Origin: Octopus bimaculoides
Lineage: Eukaryota
Length of the DNA: 34,532 nt
Assembly (NCBI RefSeq): GCF_001194135.2
Contig: NC_068983.1
Location: forward strand, 29,491,004 to 29,525,535
Reading direction: 5' to 3'
Within the stretch, counting starts at the first letter, position 1, and every line of letters begins with the position of its first letter. Under the pieces are notes generated by a model. That model ran no database searches. It saw only the letters and a program-made list of their open reading frames with translations, and had not been told where the DNA came from. Shown here piece by piece: positions 21,486 through 31,910 of this stretch. A program made the translations under genes and the position numbers.

Positions 21486-21659
21486 AGAGAGGAAGGAGGC
21501 TGGCATGGGCAACAGCATAGCTTTAGAGAAAGAAGACGGAAAAAGGCAACTACAAAAACAACAAAAAAAAAAAGATATTAGAAAAAGAAAAAAACTAGGT
21601 CAACATTTGTTTTGGTGCAAAATATCATTTACTGAGACCCTATTGCTTGCTGAGACATT

Positions 21660-21720
21660 AGTTCCCCCCACCACCACTACCACCATCACTACCATCACCA
21701 CCACCACCATCACCACCTCC
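21660..21720. repeat. (CAC/CAT)n degenerate triplet repeat
   Basis: Directly visible. Confidence 0.85.
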
Positions 21721-21937
21721 ACTCAGTATCCTCACCACCTTTATAAAAGAAACAAGCAAAATCTGCTAGAGAATGATTCCTGTTTTCTTAATAATAAATG
21801 AATAAACAATTTATTATAAATAATAAATCAATAATAACGAATAATTAAAAAAAAAAGTTGTTTTAATAAATAAATAAATAAATAAATAAATATGTAAAAG
21901 GTTCAGATAAAAGCTTTAAAAAAATGTAATAAGGCTT

Positions 21938-22156
21938 TTGTTGTTGTTGTTGTTGTTGTTGCTGCTGTTTAACCCAGAGTCAGCCCTGACTGAGTCGTCC
22001 TATGATGATCAAAGATATATCTGAGTATGCCTAGAACCACAATGCTTTAGATACAAAAGTCACTATCCAAGATATGTTCCTATACCTAAGACTATGTTAT
22101 GCATCCATTTCTAAAATGATAGGGTATAACTTGTAAACAATTTGGCTGCTATTTCT
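21938..22156 (-). mobile_element. Retroposon family E 3' part with (CAA)n tail
   Basis: (GTT)n followed by GCTGTTTAACCCAGAGTCAGCCCTGA...TTTGGCTGCTATTTCT; homologous in reverse to 24908-25105 and 30500-30575. Confidence 0.6.
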
Positions 22157-22427
22157 CTTTTTTCTCTTGCAGGTTGAAGTAGCTGTAGTGCTGGAGATTA
22201 GGAAAAGATTGGAAAATATTGATTGGGGTGAAGCTGGGGTAGGAATGACTTCCAGAGTGGCTTAGCTTGTTTGTTTGTTTTTTGTTTTTTTTCTTTCATT
22301 TTCTCGGGGTGGTGGTGGATAAGAAGGAATGTAAACATTGTTTGGCTTGAAGCATTTGAGAGGTAACATAATAGAGTTGATTTGCTTGTTTCTTCCTTAT
22401 CTCATTACCTTTGTAGCAACTACAAGG

Positions 22428-22428
22428 A

Positions 22429-22468
<40 letters not shown>
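22428..22468. repeat. (ATT)n microsatellite; further (ATT)n arrays at 22606-22635, 23168-23212, 23433-23506, 24225-24288 and 24612-24640
   Basis: Directly visible; most coincide with retroposon tails. Confidence 0.95.
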
Positions 22469-22469
<1 letters not shown>

Positions 22470-22603
22470 GAAATTTTGTTGTTAGAATTATCTTGTTAAT
22501 TGTTATTGTTATTCATTGTATACTCGTCATTGTTCAACACCCCACTTGTCCTTTGTATTGTCCCTGTTTGTTTTGTATTCAGCCCTTGTGACCAATAAAT
22601 AAA

Positions 22604-22633
<30 letters not shown>

Positions 22634-22636
<3 letters not shown>

Positions 22637-22833
22637 GCACACTGGGCAAAATGCTTAGTGGTAGTCCATCTGTCAATATGTTCTGAGTTCAAATTCTGCT
22701 GAGGTTGACTTTGCTTCCCATCCTTTCAGGGTCGATAATTTAAGTACCAGGCAAGTACTGGGGTCGATGTGATCAATTGTTCCCCTCCCCACAAAAATCC
22801 AGGCTTTGTGCCTATAGTAGAAAGGATTATTAT
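22634..22833 (+). mobile_element. SINE family C, 5'-clipped; its ATT tail is split by the family B insertion
   Basis: TTAGCACACTGGGCAAAATGCTTAG...GAGTTCAAATTCTGCTGAGGTTGACTTTGC...GTAGAAAGGATTATTAT. Confidence 0.9.
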
Positions 22834-23159
22834 TGTGAAGGCGCATGGCTTAGTGGTTTGGGCATTCGGCTCACGATCATAAGGTCATCAGTTCAATTCC
22901 CGGTGACGCGTTGTGTCCTTGAGCAAGACACTTTATTTCACGTTGCTCCAGTTCACTCAGCTGGCAAAAATGAGTAGTACCTGCATTTCAAAAGGGCCAG
23001 CCTTGTTACGCTGAGTCTCCCTGAGAACTACATTAGAGGTACACATGTCTGTGGAGTGCTCAGCCACTTGCACGTTAATTTCATGAGCAGGCTGTTCCAT
23101 TGATCGTATTCAGCTGGGACCCTCGTCATCATAACCGACGGAATGCTCCTATATAAACA
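22834..23159 (+). mobile_element. tRNA-derived CORE-type SINE, family B, full length
   Basis: A box TGGCTTAGTGG, B box AGTTCAATTCCC, CORE-like TGTGTCCTTGAGCAAGACACTTT...CAGCTGGCAAAAATGAG; 15-bp TSD AGAAAGGATTATTAT at 22819-22833 and 23160-23174; 3' part shared with family A. Confidence 0.9.
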
Positions 23160-23173
23160 AGAAAGGATTATTA

Positions 23174-23204
<31 letters not shown>

Positions 23205-23216
23205 CATTATTAAAAA

Positions 23217-23432
23217 TTGCAAGCTGGCAGAATCATTAGCAGACCAGGCAAAATGTTTAATGGCATTTTGTCCATTGTTACGTTGAGTTCATATTCCACT
23301 GAGGCCAACTTTGCCTTTTATCCTTGCAGGGTCAATAAAATAAGCACCAGTTGAGTACAGGAGTCGATGTAATCGACTAATCCCCTCCCCCAAACTTTCA
23401 GGCCTTGTGCCTATAGTTGAAGGGATTATTTC

Positions 23433-23506
<74 letters not shown>
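23217..23506 (+). mobile_element. SINE family C with long (ATT)n tail
   Basis: GCAAGCTGGCAGAATCATTAGC head, conserved core and (ATT)n tail. Confidence 0.9.
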
Positions 23507-23507
<1 letters not shown>

Positions 23508-23723
23508 GGTGGCAAGCTGGCAGAAACACACCAGGTACAATGCTTAGTGTCATTTCATCTGTATTTATGTTCTGAGTTCATATTCTGCTGAGGTTGACTT
23601 TGCCTTTCATCCTTTCAGGGTCAATAAATTAAGTACCAGTTGAGCACTGGGTTGATGTATTCAAGTAGTCTGCTTCCCCCAAATGTCAGGCCTTGTGCCT
23701 AAAGTAGAAAGGATTGTTATTAT
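23508..23723 (+). mobile_element. SINE family C, directly after the previous copy's tail
   Basis: GGTGGCAAGCTGGCAGAA...GAGTTCATATTCTGCTGAGGTTGACTTTGCCTTTCATCCTTTCAGGGTCAATAAATTAAGTACCAG...GTAGAAAGGATTGTTATTAT. Confidence 0.9.
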
Positions 23724-23978
23724 GGTGGCACATAAAAAACACCTTTTGAGCGAGGCTGTTGCCAGTACCTCCTGACTGGCCTTTGTGCCAGTGGCACGTA
23801 AAAGCACCCACTACACTCTCGGAGTGGTTGGTGTTAGGAAGGGCATCCAGCTGTAGAAACTCTGCCAGATCAGATTGGAGCCTGGTACAGCCTTCTGGCT
23901 TGCCAGTCCTCAGACAAATCGTCCAACCCATGCTAGTGTTGGAAAGCGAACGTTAAACGATGATGATGATGATGATGA
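23724..23978 (+). mobile_element. RTE LINE 3' UTR fragment with (GAT)n tail
   Basis: One to two tandem units plus AGGAAGGGCATCCAGCTGTAGAAAC...CGTTAAACGATGATGATG. Confidence 0.9.
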
Positions 23979-24011
23979 TTATTATTATTACTATTATTAT
24001 TATTACTATTT

Positions 24012-24229
24012 GATGGATTGGCTGAATTGTTAGAGCATTGGCAAAAAAAAGGCTTTGAGGTATTTCTTCAAGCTCTTTTCATTTTGGGTTCAAATCTCAT
24101 CGAAGCCAACATTGCCTTTCATCTTTTGGGGGTCAGGAAAAATAGTACCAGTCAAGTCCTGGGATCCATGTAATCAAGTTTCCCCCTCCCCTCCAAATTG
24201 CTGGGTTTGATCAAAATTTGAAACATTTA

Positions 24230-24230
<1 letters not shown>
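24012..24230 (+). mobile_element. SINE family C, older diverged copy
   Basis: GGGTTCAAATCTC...TTGCCTTTCATCTTTTGGGGGTCAGG...AGTACCAG...CAAAATTTGAAACATTTATCATT. Confidence 0.7.
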
Positions 24231-24288
<58 letters not shown>

Positions 24289-24480
24289 TGTTTGGCTTCT
24301 AATTTGTATTTGTATCAGTTGACTCCAAGTCTCACCCAGAGACCTCAAGAGACAAGTTAGAAGTTCAGGTTAGTAGCATGACTAGGGTACCATATCTTCT
24401 GGATTCACACAGGGTATTGTTCTAGAGAATATTTATCAAAACATACGAAAATTACAAGTTTGTTTTAAAAGTAATTTGAT
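24225..24480 (-). mobile_element. Non-LTR retroelement 3' end with (TAA)n tail (tentatively R4/Dong-like)
   Basis: Minus strand GTCTCTTGAGGTCTCTGGGTGAGACTTGGAGTCAAC...AAACAAATAATAAT; family assignment from memory only. Confidence 0.4.
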
Positions 24481-24609
24481 TATAAGATGATAGTGTGATC
24501 TTAAGATGACAGTGAAAGGTCTTTGCTAATATGTACATTTAAAAGTACTTTTGATAATATTAACAGATTAAAATGTTTTTGGAATTACATAGACTATATT
24601 TTTCATAGG

Positions 24610-24641
<32 letters not shown>

Positions 24642-24907
24642 GTAGTAGTAGTAGTAGTAGTGCCGGCAGCAGCAGCAGTGGTGGTGGTAGTAGTTATTTA
24701 GAGTAAGACAGGGATCATCCATGACCTTTACAAGATTTCCAAGACTAATGGAGGGAAGTAAAGAACTGTTCTCATGGTTTGCCAACAGAAGTGTAAAGTG
24801 AAGTGTTTTGATTGGAACTGGTATTCTGCATGAAAGTTCAAAGAAGCCCTTAGGTTTAACCTACCCTCTTTCCTAGTCAACGAGGGCGCCACTGTGTGGT
24901 ATTTCAA

Positions 24908-25105
24908 AGAAATAGCAGCAGAATCCCCCTTCAAATTACAGCTTAGCATTTTAGAAAAAAAAAAGAAAACAAAAGAATGGTGTGTTGAGTAATATAGTCC
25001 TGGATACACTATCAAGAAAAAAAAAAGATATTAAGATGGGATGGTCATTGTTAGAATGTCTATGATCATGTCTTCTCAATCAGGGATGATTTCAGGTTAA
25101 ACAGC
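24908..25105 (+). mobile_element. Retroposon family E fragment
   Basis: GAAATAGCAGCAGAATC...GATGGGATGGTCATTG...GATCATGTCTTCTCAATCAGGGATGATTTCAGGTTAAACAGC, reverse homologue of 21938-22156. Confidence 0.55.
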
Positions 25106-25256
25106 TGCAAAAGCCCATTCATATTCTTTCCTCTCTGCATCAATGATTTTCTTTTATCTCAATTGCATGAATTAAAATTCAGAGGGAAAGAATAACTACC
25201 TGCATCAACTTGCTATAAAAACAGGTAGTAATTTTACTTTCTCCTTATTGTTAGTA

Positions 25257-25642
25257 TGTGGAGGTGCAATGGCCCAGTGGTTAGGGCAGTGGACTCGCGG
25301 TCATAGGATCGTGGTTTCGATTCCCAGACCGGGCGTTGTGAGTGTTTATTGAACGAAAATACCTAAAGCTCCACGAGGCTCCAGCAGGGGATGGTGGCGA
25401 ACCCTGCTGTACTCTTTCCCCACAACTTTCTCTCACTCTTACTTCCTGTTTCTGTTGTGCCTGTAATTCAAAGGGTCATCCTTGTCACACTGTGTCATGC
25501 TGAATATCTCCTAGAACTACGTTAAGGGTACACGTGTCTGTGGAGTGCTCAGCCACTTGCACGTTAATTTCACGAGCAGGCTGTTCTGTTGATCGGATCA
25601 ACTCGAACCCTCGACGTCGTAAGCGACGGAGTGCCAACAACA
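25257..25642 (+). mobile_element. Full-length tRNA-derived SINE, family A, (CAA) tail
   Basis: TGTGGAGGTGCAATGGCCCAGTGG (A box), GGTTTCGATTCCC (B box); 10-bp TSD ATTGTTAGTA at 25247-25256 and 25643-25652. Confidence 0.95.
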
Positions 25643-25832
25643 ATTGTTAGTACAAGTTTTGAAGAGTGCAGTTCGATTTTAACAGTTATTTTTTTCAAAG
25701 CTATAATAGAAGTGACAAAGGAGCATATTTGGTAGAGTTCAGTAAAGGCAAAAATGCAATGGAAGTGTGAGGAATATTAATGCAGTAATCAGACAATAAG
25801 CATAAGCCAGTGTCAACGATTGTTCCAGAAAT

Positions 25833-26075
25833 TATAATAATAATAGTAATAACAATAATAATAATCCTTTCTACTAGGCACAAGGTCTGAAATTTGGAGG
25901 AAGGGGGCCAGTCAATTACATCAACGCCAGTGTTTCACTGGTACTTAATTTATCGACCCCAAAAGGATGAAAGGCAAAGTTGATCTCAGCAGAATTTGAA
26001 CTTGGAATGTAGCAATGGGCAAAATACCACTTAATATTTCAGCGTGCATGCTAACAATTCTGTCAGCTTGCCACC
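25833..26075 (-). mobile_element. SINE family C embedded between (TAA)n arrays
   Basis: Minus-strand head GGTGGCAAGCTGACAGAATTGTTAGC; core GATCAACTTTGCCTTTCATCCTTTTGGGGTCGATAAATTAAGTACCAG; (TAA)n on both sides. Confidence 0.9.
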
Positions 26076-26124
<49 letters not shown>

Positions 26125-26785
26125 TAGTAATGCTAATAACAACTAAACTTCTTTGTAGAATTACCTGTTTCTACACTCCTCCTAAGTTTTCATGTATAGC
26201 ACATGTTCAGAGGCTAGCCTACCTTCAAGGCTTCTATACCTCAGCCACAAGGCTATTTTTTGCTATTAGATACGTAACTGGAGCATTTGACCAGTAATAA
26301 CATCACAGGTTTGAGCAGGCCTACTTAGTATATTGATAATCAATTAAGAAGACAATGATGTAGTTTCTGATATACAAAAATGCCATGTGATGGTCAAGGT
26401 TGGAGTGCTTTTGACAAGAGGAAGAGACCATTGAGTAAGTGTTGTAAATGTAGACTATAGCTGGTTTTATTGAATTCTGGGTTTTTACCCCACCCTACAA
26501 TAGCACGTAGCTGACACACCATCAAATATGGGGTGCTACACTTGTTACTAATATTCGCATTCTGGACTGCATCCAAAAAATTAAACCCATGTGATTGATA
26601 GACAAATCCTGAAGCATTAACAACCTTGTACCACTCCCTGCTGATTCATTATATGTACCCCATCTACAACAGCCTTTGCTCCTCTGTGCACAACCACTCC
26701 CACCCAAATCCACCACGTCTCCCCACTTTGCTTCTAATCATCTTTCTAGATTCCTCTTCCTAAATGTAACACTTAGTACTTACAT

Positions 26786-27082
26786 CAGTGGTTCTCAACC
26801 ATTCTTTGTCTATGGGCCCATTTTATTCCTGTTTTATTCTATTGAACTTCCAGAGCCATTTGATGTATATACAAACAATCTTACTGTATTTTTATTTTTT
26901 ATTTCATCACTTTTAACTTGCTTCATTCATTAGACTGCAGCCATGTTGGGGCCCCACAGTACGTATTTATTTATTAAGCCTGGTATTCTATCAGCCTCTT
27001 TGCCAAACTGCTAAGTCACAAGGATGTAAACACACCAACACCAGTTGTCAAGCAGTGGTGGGAGACAAACACAGACACAAAG

Positions 27083-27157
<75 letters not shown>

Positions 27158-27476
27158 CATACGACGGGCTTTTTTCTGTGTCTGTCTTCCAAATCCACTC
27201 ACAAGGCTTTGGTCTGCTCAAGGCTATAGTGGAAGACATTTGTTCAAGGTGCCACATAGTGGAACTGAACCTGGAACCATGTATTTGAGTATCAAACTTC
27301 TTAATACACAGACAAGTTAAACATCATTATTGTTAAGCATCATTAGGAATTGTACAAAAAAGTTAAAATATTTTGTGTACTGTAGAAATATAAGCAATTT
27401 ATTACACATAAAATTTTAATTACAAGACCTTATATGGACACTCAAGGGCCATAGGAACTGTAGTTGAGAGCCACTG
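26786..27476. mobile_element. hAT-type MITE interrupted by a family D SINE
   Basis: Imperfect TIRs CAGTGGTTCTCAAC / GTTGAGAGCCACTG; no TSD recovered. Confidence 0.6.
26910..27320 (-). mobile_element. tRNA-derived SINE, family D, with internal (TA)n microsatellite
   Basis: Minus strand: B-box-like GGTTCAGTTCC, CACCTTGAACAAATGTCTTCCACTATAGCC...GCCTTGTGAGTGGATTTGG, internal (TA)n at about 27090-27155, tail CATGGCTGCAGTC...AAGTTAAAAG; homologous to 28600 and 31911. Confidence 0.9.
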
Positions 27477-27509
27477 TATCAAACCAATCTTCTCCCTTTA
27501 GAATTACAT

Positions 27510-27844
27510 TTAACCCTCTGGATGCCAAATCCACATAAGACTATCCCTACTTCTGCGATACAAAACTGACCATTTTCAAGTGTTTACATTTAAGTTTAAG
27601 CTTTCTCACATAACTCTGTGAAAGAACTATTTGTGACATTATAAAGCAACGTTTATGAAAGAACTGTTTGTTTCATAATGTTCTAAATACTAGCTTCCTT
27701 ATAGGGAAGTTAGTTATTTTGCCAAATCTTTCATCGATAGTAAATTTTATTATAAATATAATCCCATAAGGGTTACTGGTTTTCCTTGTCGATATATTCC
27801 ACAGTGGTGGTCTCGTGGTAAGAGATCTTGCCATCAGAGGATAA
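27510..27844. mobile_element. Possible TTAA-type MITE
   Basis: Left TTAACCCTCTGGATGCC and right GCCATCAGAGGATAA form imperfect TIRs. Confidence 0.35.
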
Positions 27845-28019
27845 ATAACAACAACAACATTTAATTCTTAACAGGATTTGTCATTTTTCTTTGCAATCTC
27901 ACAGCTCAAGATTCGATTCTACTGAATGGTATCCAGAGAAAGTGTCTTCCGTGATATGCCTCAGTTTGCGTAATGCTTTGTGACTGAAATTTGGTTGAGG
28001 GGAAAATATAAAAGCCAAT

Positions 28020-28089
28020 CATGTATGCGTGTGTTCATACACACATTTACATGCACATACATGTATACATACATATATATTTGTGTATA

Positions 28090-28137
<48 letters not shown>
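28020..28137. repeat. (TA)/(TG)/(CA) microsatellite flanking the gap
   Basis: Directly visible. Confidence 0.9.
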
Positions 28138-28227
28138 NNNNNNNNNNNNNNNNNNNNNNNNNNNNNNNNNNNNNNNNNNNNNNNNNNNNNNNNNNNNNNN
28201 NNNNNNNNNNNNNNNNNNNNNNNNNNN
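28138..28227. other. Assembly gap (N-run)
   Basis: N characters. Confidence 1.
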
Positions 28228-28389
28228 AAAGAGACCAATGGCAAAGTTAGAATTATATTTTCTTTCTTTATACATACACATGCTAATACATACACACAAC
28301 CTATGTTATATTCCCCACTCATGTTGCTACCACGACAGGGGCAAAACTAGTCGGTATACAGCACTTACTCGGTATTACCTGTATATTTA

Positions 28390-28599
28390 GGGTTTGGTTA
28401 ACTCCAATACCCTTCATAACCTTTATTAATCGCTGACCAAACACCATTCAATTTTTTTTCTCTGTTTTTCTCCTTGTTTTCTCCGTATTCTTTCTGTTGA
28501 AGAGCGTAGCTCGAAACGTTAAAGACTTTCTGTATTCCCGAGTGTCAAACTAATACATCCTTTTGTTGTTTACACCACCTGTCCTCGTCTGTTGTTGTT
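28390..28599 (+). mobile_element. Penelope-like element terminal (pLTR-type) fragment, copy 2
   Basis: Homologous to 17280-17415 and contains the better-preserved hammerhead-like motif; left boundary approximate. Confidence 0.65.
28489..28525 (+). ncRNA. Minimal type I hammerhead-ribozyme-like motif (variant core)
   Basis: UCUUU (stem I) CUGUUGA A GAGC-GUA-GCUC (stem II) GAAA CGUU (palindromic ACGU stem III, putative GUU cleavage triplet) AAAGA (stem I'). Confidence 0.6.
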
Positions 28600-28930
28600 G
28601 CACCTTGGGCAAGTGTCTTCTACTATAGCCTCGGGCCGACCAAAGCCTTGTGAGTGGATCTGGTAGACGAAAACTGAAAGAAGCCCATCGTATATATGTA
28701 TAGAGGTATGTATGTGTGTGTGTATATGTTTGTGTGTTTGTCCCCCCCACCAACATCACTTGACAACTGATGTTGGTGTGTTTACATCCCCGTAACTTAA
28801 TGTTTCGGCAAAAGAGACCGATAGAATAAGTACTGGGCTTACAAAGAATAAGTCCTGGGGTCGATTTGCTCGACTAAAGGCGGTGTTCCAGCATGGCCAC
28901 AGTTAAATGACTGAAACAAGTAAAAGAGTA
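28600..28930 (+). mobile_element. SINE family D, 5'-truncated
   Basis: GCACCTTGGGCAAGTGTCTTCTACTATAGCCTCGGGCCGACCAAAGCCTTGTGAGTGG..., internal TA/TG tract, tail CATGGCCACAGTTAAATGACTGAAACAAGTAAAAGAG. Confidence 0.92.
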
Positions 28931-29039
28931 ACCTTCAGTGCAAATAAACCACTATTGTGAAAGTTGACTTTTATATCTTCTATGGATTGCTTGGAGCTCA
29001 CTAATAACCTACACCTTGATCCTTGGATCTTACCTCTAC

Positions 29040-29085
29040 CTATCTATCTATTTAGCTATCAATCAATCTATCTATCTATTTATCT
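29040..29085. repeat. (TATC)n tetranucleotide repeat, degenerate
   Basis: Directly visible. Confidence 0.8.
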
Positions 29086-29769
29086 GTGTCTGTGTGTGTA
29101 GTATGTATCAGCTCAAAGAGAACCCAATAAGTTGTAAGCTAATAATACCATTCCAAGTCATGAGACTTGTTGCAAATATTTGTCAGTTATAACCATAATA
29201 TTATTTTCCTTTGGCTAGACTAAATATATTACGAAAATTAAATAGTCTTCCACACATTGAACAATATGAAATCTGTGTCTATGTTTATTATTTTGCATTT
29301 AAATAAAATTATTATAGGCAAATATTTTGGAGATTTCCAGCAGCATTGAATCTGAAAAATATAAATATTAGATATAACCCTAATTTGAATCTCCAACAAG
29401 ATGATTGAATATATTATATACATTACATATATTTTTATTTATTGTACAGTATTGGAATCAATTTCCATATTTACTCTAATGAGCAAATGAGGAGACATCT
29501 ATAAGGTTGTTAAAAATTCTAGAAATAGCAGTCATATTTCCTTGAAATCATACTCAAGCGTCTTTAAAAAGAAAATGAAGGAAATACAGGATGTTGGACT
29601 AAATTTGACAATTTCTTAATGCCTCCATTTTTCACTAGCAGTTTGATGTATTGGTGAACAGTCAACGGCGTTGGACAGCATAAAGATTAAAGTTGTAGTT
29701 AAGGAAAAGTTAGCTGACATGGCAGACTAGAAGCTGTCTGAATATTGAATAAAGAGTTAACTGTATCAC

Positions 29770-30466
29770 GATGATTTGTACTGGGTATCTAAATGCCTAT
29801 ATCATGACTGCTGCTCAATGCCCTGCGAACATTGTAAAGGCTGTAAGATGTAACATGGACATCATGAAAAACAAGTTCTCCAAATCTGTGATGATTTTTG
29901 GGTGTGTCTCCAGTGGGAGTGATGTCATGTCATGCCACCCCATGTCTTTGAACAGGGCCTTAGGCTCAAATCAGACAGCTTTGTGAAGCTGCTGGAAACT
30001 GCATTCAGAATCTGGCTGAAGGGGATTGCTGTTAGAAGGCCACATGTGTGGCATCAGGATTCAGCTCCTTGCTTCCAGAAAGAATCAGAAGTAGTTGTCA
30101 GGGAATTTCTATGACTCCACCAGCCCCAGTACCTCTGGCCTCCTAGTTCCCTCAATTATAATATTCCATGGATTACTATGTGTGAGGCATGTTTGCAAAA
30201 GACACCGTCTACTTTTCCTGCAACACCAAGACTGAGCTGGTGGCTAAAATTAAGGAGGTATTTGAAGATCTTCTCAGGGACATTATAAGGAATGCATGCA
30301 GTAGGTTCCAGAGACATCTTGAGGCTGTGGTGGGAGTTGAGGGTAACTACCTTGAGTAAGCTATTATCTCCCAGACATAATCTAGTTGATATTTGTTGCT
30401 TTTTTAAAATACTTGTATTTTTGGATGAGGTATTCTTTCTTTTCCTTTTATGCAAGCACTCTGCAT
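29770..30466 (+). mobile_element. Tc1/mariner superfamily DD37D (maT-like) transposase pseudogene, 3' half
   Basis: MKNKFSKSVMIFGCVSS...PPHVFEQGLRL...PHVWHQDSAPC...WPPSS...MDYYV...CNTKTELVAKIKEVFEDL...NACSRFQRHLEAVVGVEGNYLE* across frameshifts. The third catalytic residue is D (MDY); the 37-residue spacing is inferred, not read in one frame. Possible right TIR remnant GCACTCTGCA near 30456-30466. Confidence 0.85.
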
Positions 30467-30499
30467 TAAGTAAAAGAGTCTAAGATAAGCTATGTAGGA

Positions 30500-30575
30500 A
30501 AAGGCAACATGTTCACAATGATGATTTTTGTCATAGGTCTGCTTGACCAAGACTGACCAAGGGTTAGACAACAAT
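30500..30575 (+). mobile_element. Retroposon family E 3' tail fragment
   Basis: TCATAGGTCTGCTTGACCAAGACTGACCAAGGGTTAGACAACAA. Confidence 0.5.
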
Positions 30576-30807
30576 TTTTCTTATCTTAATTAATTTATTG
30601 TATTCAACCATTCTGCTTGCTTCTAGCTGTACTGAAATGTCTAATTAATTAAGGTTTTAATCTCAAAACTGTTTATGCTTTATAGGTTTCGTTTGTCAGA
30701 TAATTTGTAACTGAAACCAACTTATCTGCAATATTATTCTTCAGATAGAAGGCAAACAAGCATAAGATCCATTGCTTTCTGATACATACATATGTGTAAA
30801 TATACAA

Positions 30808-30836
30808 TACACACACACACACACACACACACACAC
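30808..30836. repeat. (CA)n microsatellite
   Basis: Directly visible. Confidence 0.95.
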
Positions 30837-31411
30837 CTTTATTATTACTGATTATGGCTTTCTTTAGTATATCCACATTAAATATATACAAATTGCTTTT
30901 ATACACACACACACACACATACATAAACATGGACAAATATGGATATAGTATATATATTATCATCATCTTAACACACACTTTTCCATGCTTCCATTGAAGA
31001 ACGAAGTTTATTGTGTCAGATTTTCTGTGGTTAGAAGGTGGAGGTATTTTGTATGGCAAAGCAAAACACATCCACCAATTTAGTCCTGAATAATTTTAAA
31101 AGAAGTTGATCTAATCAATATATAAGCAATTTATATCTTCAGTGTAATGAGCAAAGATTATGTACCTGACACATTTTTTTCCATCAATGGAACTTCTTCC
31201 ATGCAATCAAAAGAGAATGACACTGATTATGATTCTCTATGTGTAACTGTACATTGAAACAGCTGTAGAGACTTACTTCATAAATCGTAATTGTGCATAA
31301 GGACAGGCTAAAATCCTAGCAACATATACGAGGAAACTAAAGCATAAGAATTTGGTATATCTGTAAATAAGATATACCAAATTACTTGGCCTCAGTATTT
31401 ACACTAGAAAA

Positions 31412-31625
31412 GGTGGCAAACTGGCAAAATCATTAGCATGCTGAGCGAAATGCTTAGCAACATTTCATCCATCTTCATGTTCTGAGTTCAAATTCCACCA
31501 AGGTCAATTTTGTCTTTCATTCTTTTAGGGTCAATAATATAAGTACCAGTTGAACACTGGGGTCGATGTAATCAACTTATCCTCCACCCTGAAATTTCTG
31601 GCCTTATGCCAAAATTTGAAATCAA
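31412..31625 (+). mobile_element. SINE family C, full length with TSD
   Basis: GGTGGCAAACTGGCAAAATCATTAGC head, GAGTTCAAATTCC B box; 16-bp TSD TATTTACACTAGAAAA at 31396-31411 and 31626-31641. Confidence 0.95.
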
Positions 31626-31910
31626 TATTTACACTAGAAAAAGTAAAGAACAGTATTCCCATATTTTCTGGCATACAGGTCAGATTTTTCAGACCAAAAT
31701 TTACTGCCAAAATAGGCAGATCAATTTGTGTACCAAGATAACTTTGGAGGACTAAACATTCTATGCAAAATGCATCAGGATTTGGAAAGATAGTGACAAT
31801 GTTTGAATGTTTGCACTACATATTTACACTATATGCTATGTTGAATTGTATACTGGAAAATATGGTAAAAGACATATACTGGGCTTTAATGTGGTTTGGA
31901 ATCTCCCATA

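Noticed and set aside
25257-25330. tRNA genes (also near 6265-6335, 12960-13031, 22834-22905)
   Set aside because: A and B boxes are present but there is no closed cloverleaf, and each continues into a SINE body with a TSD.
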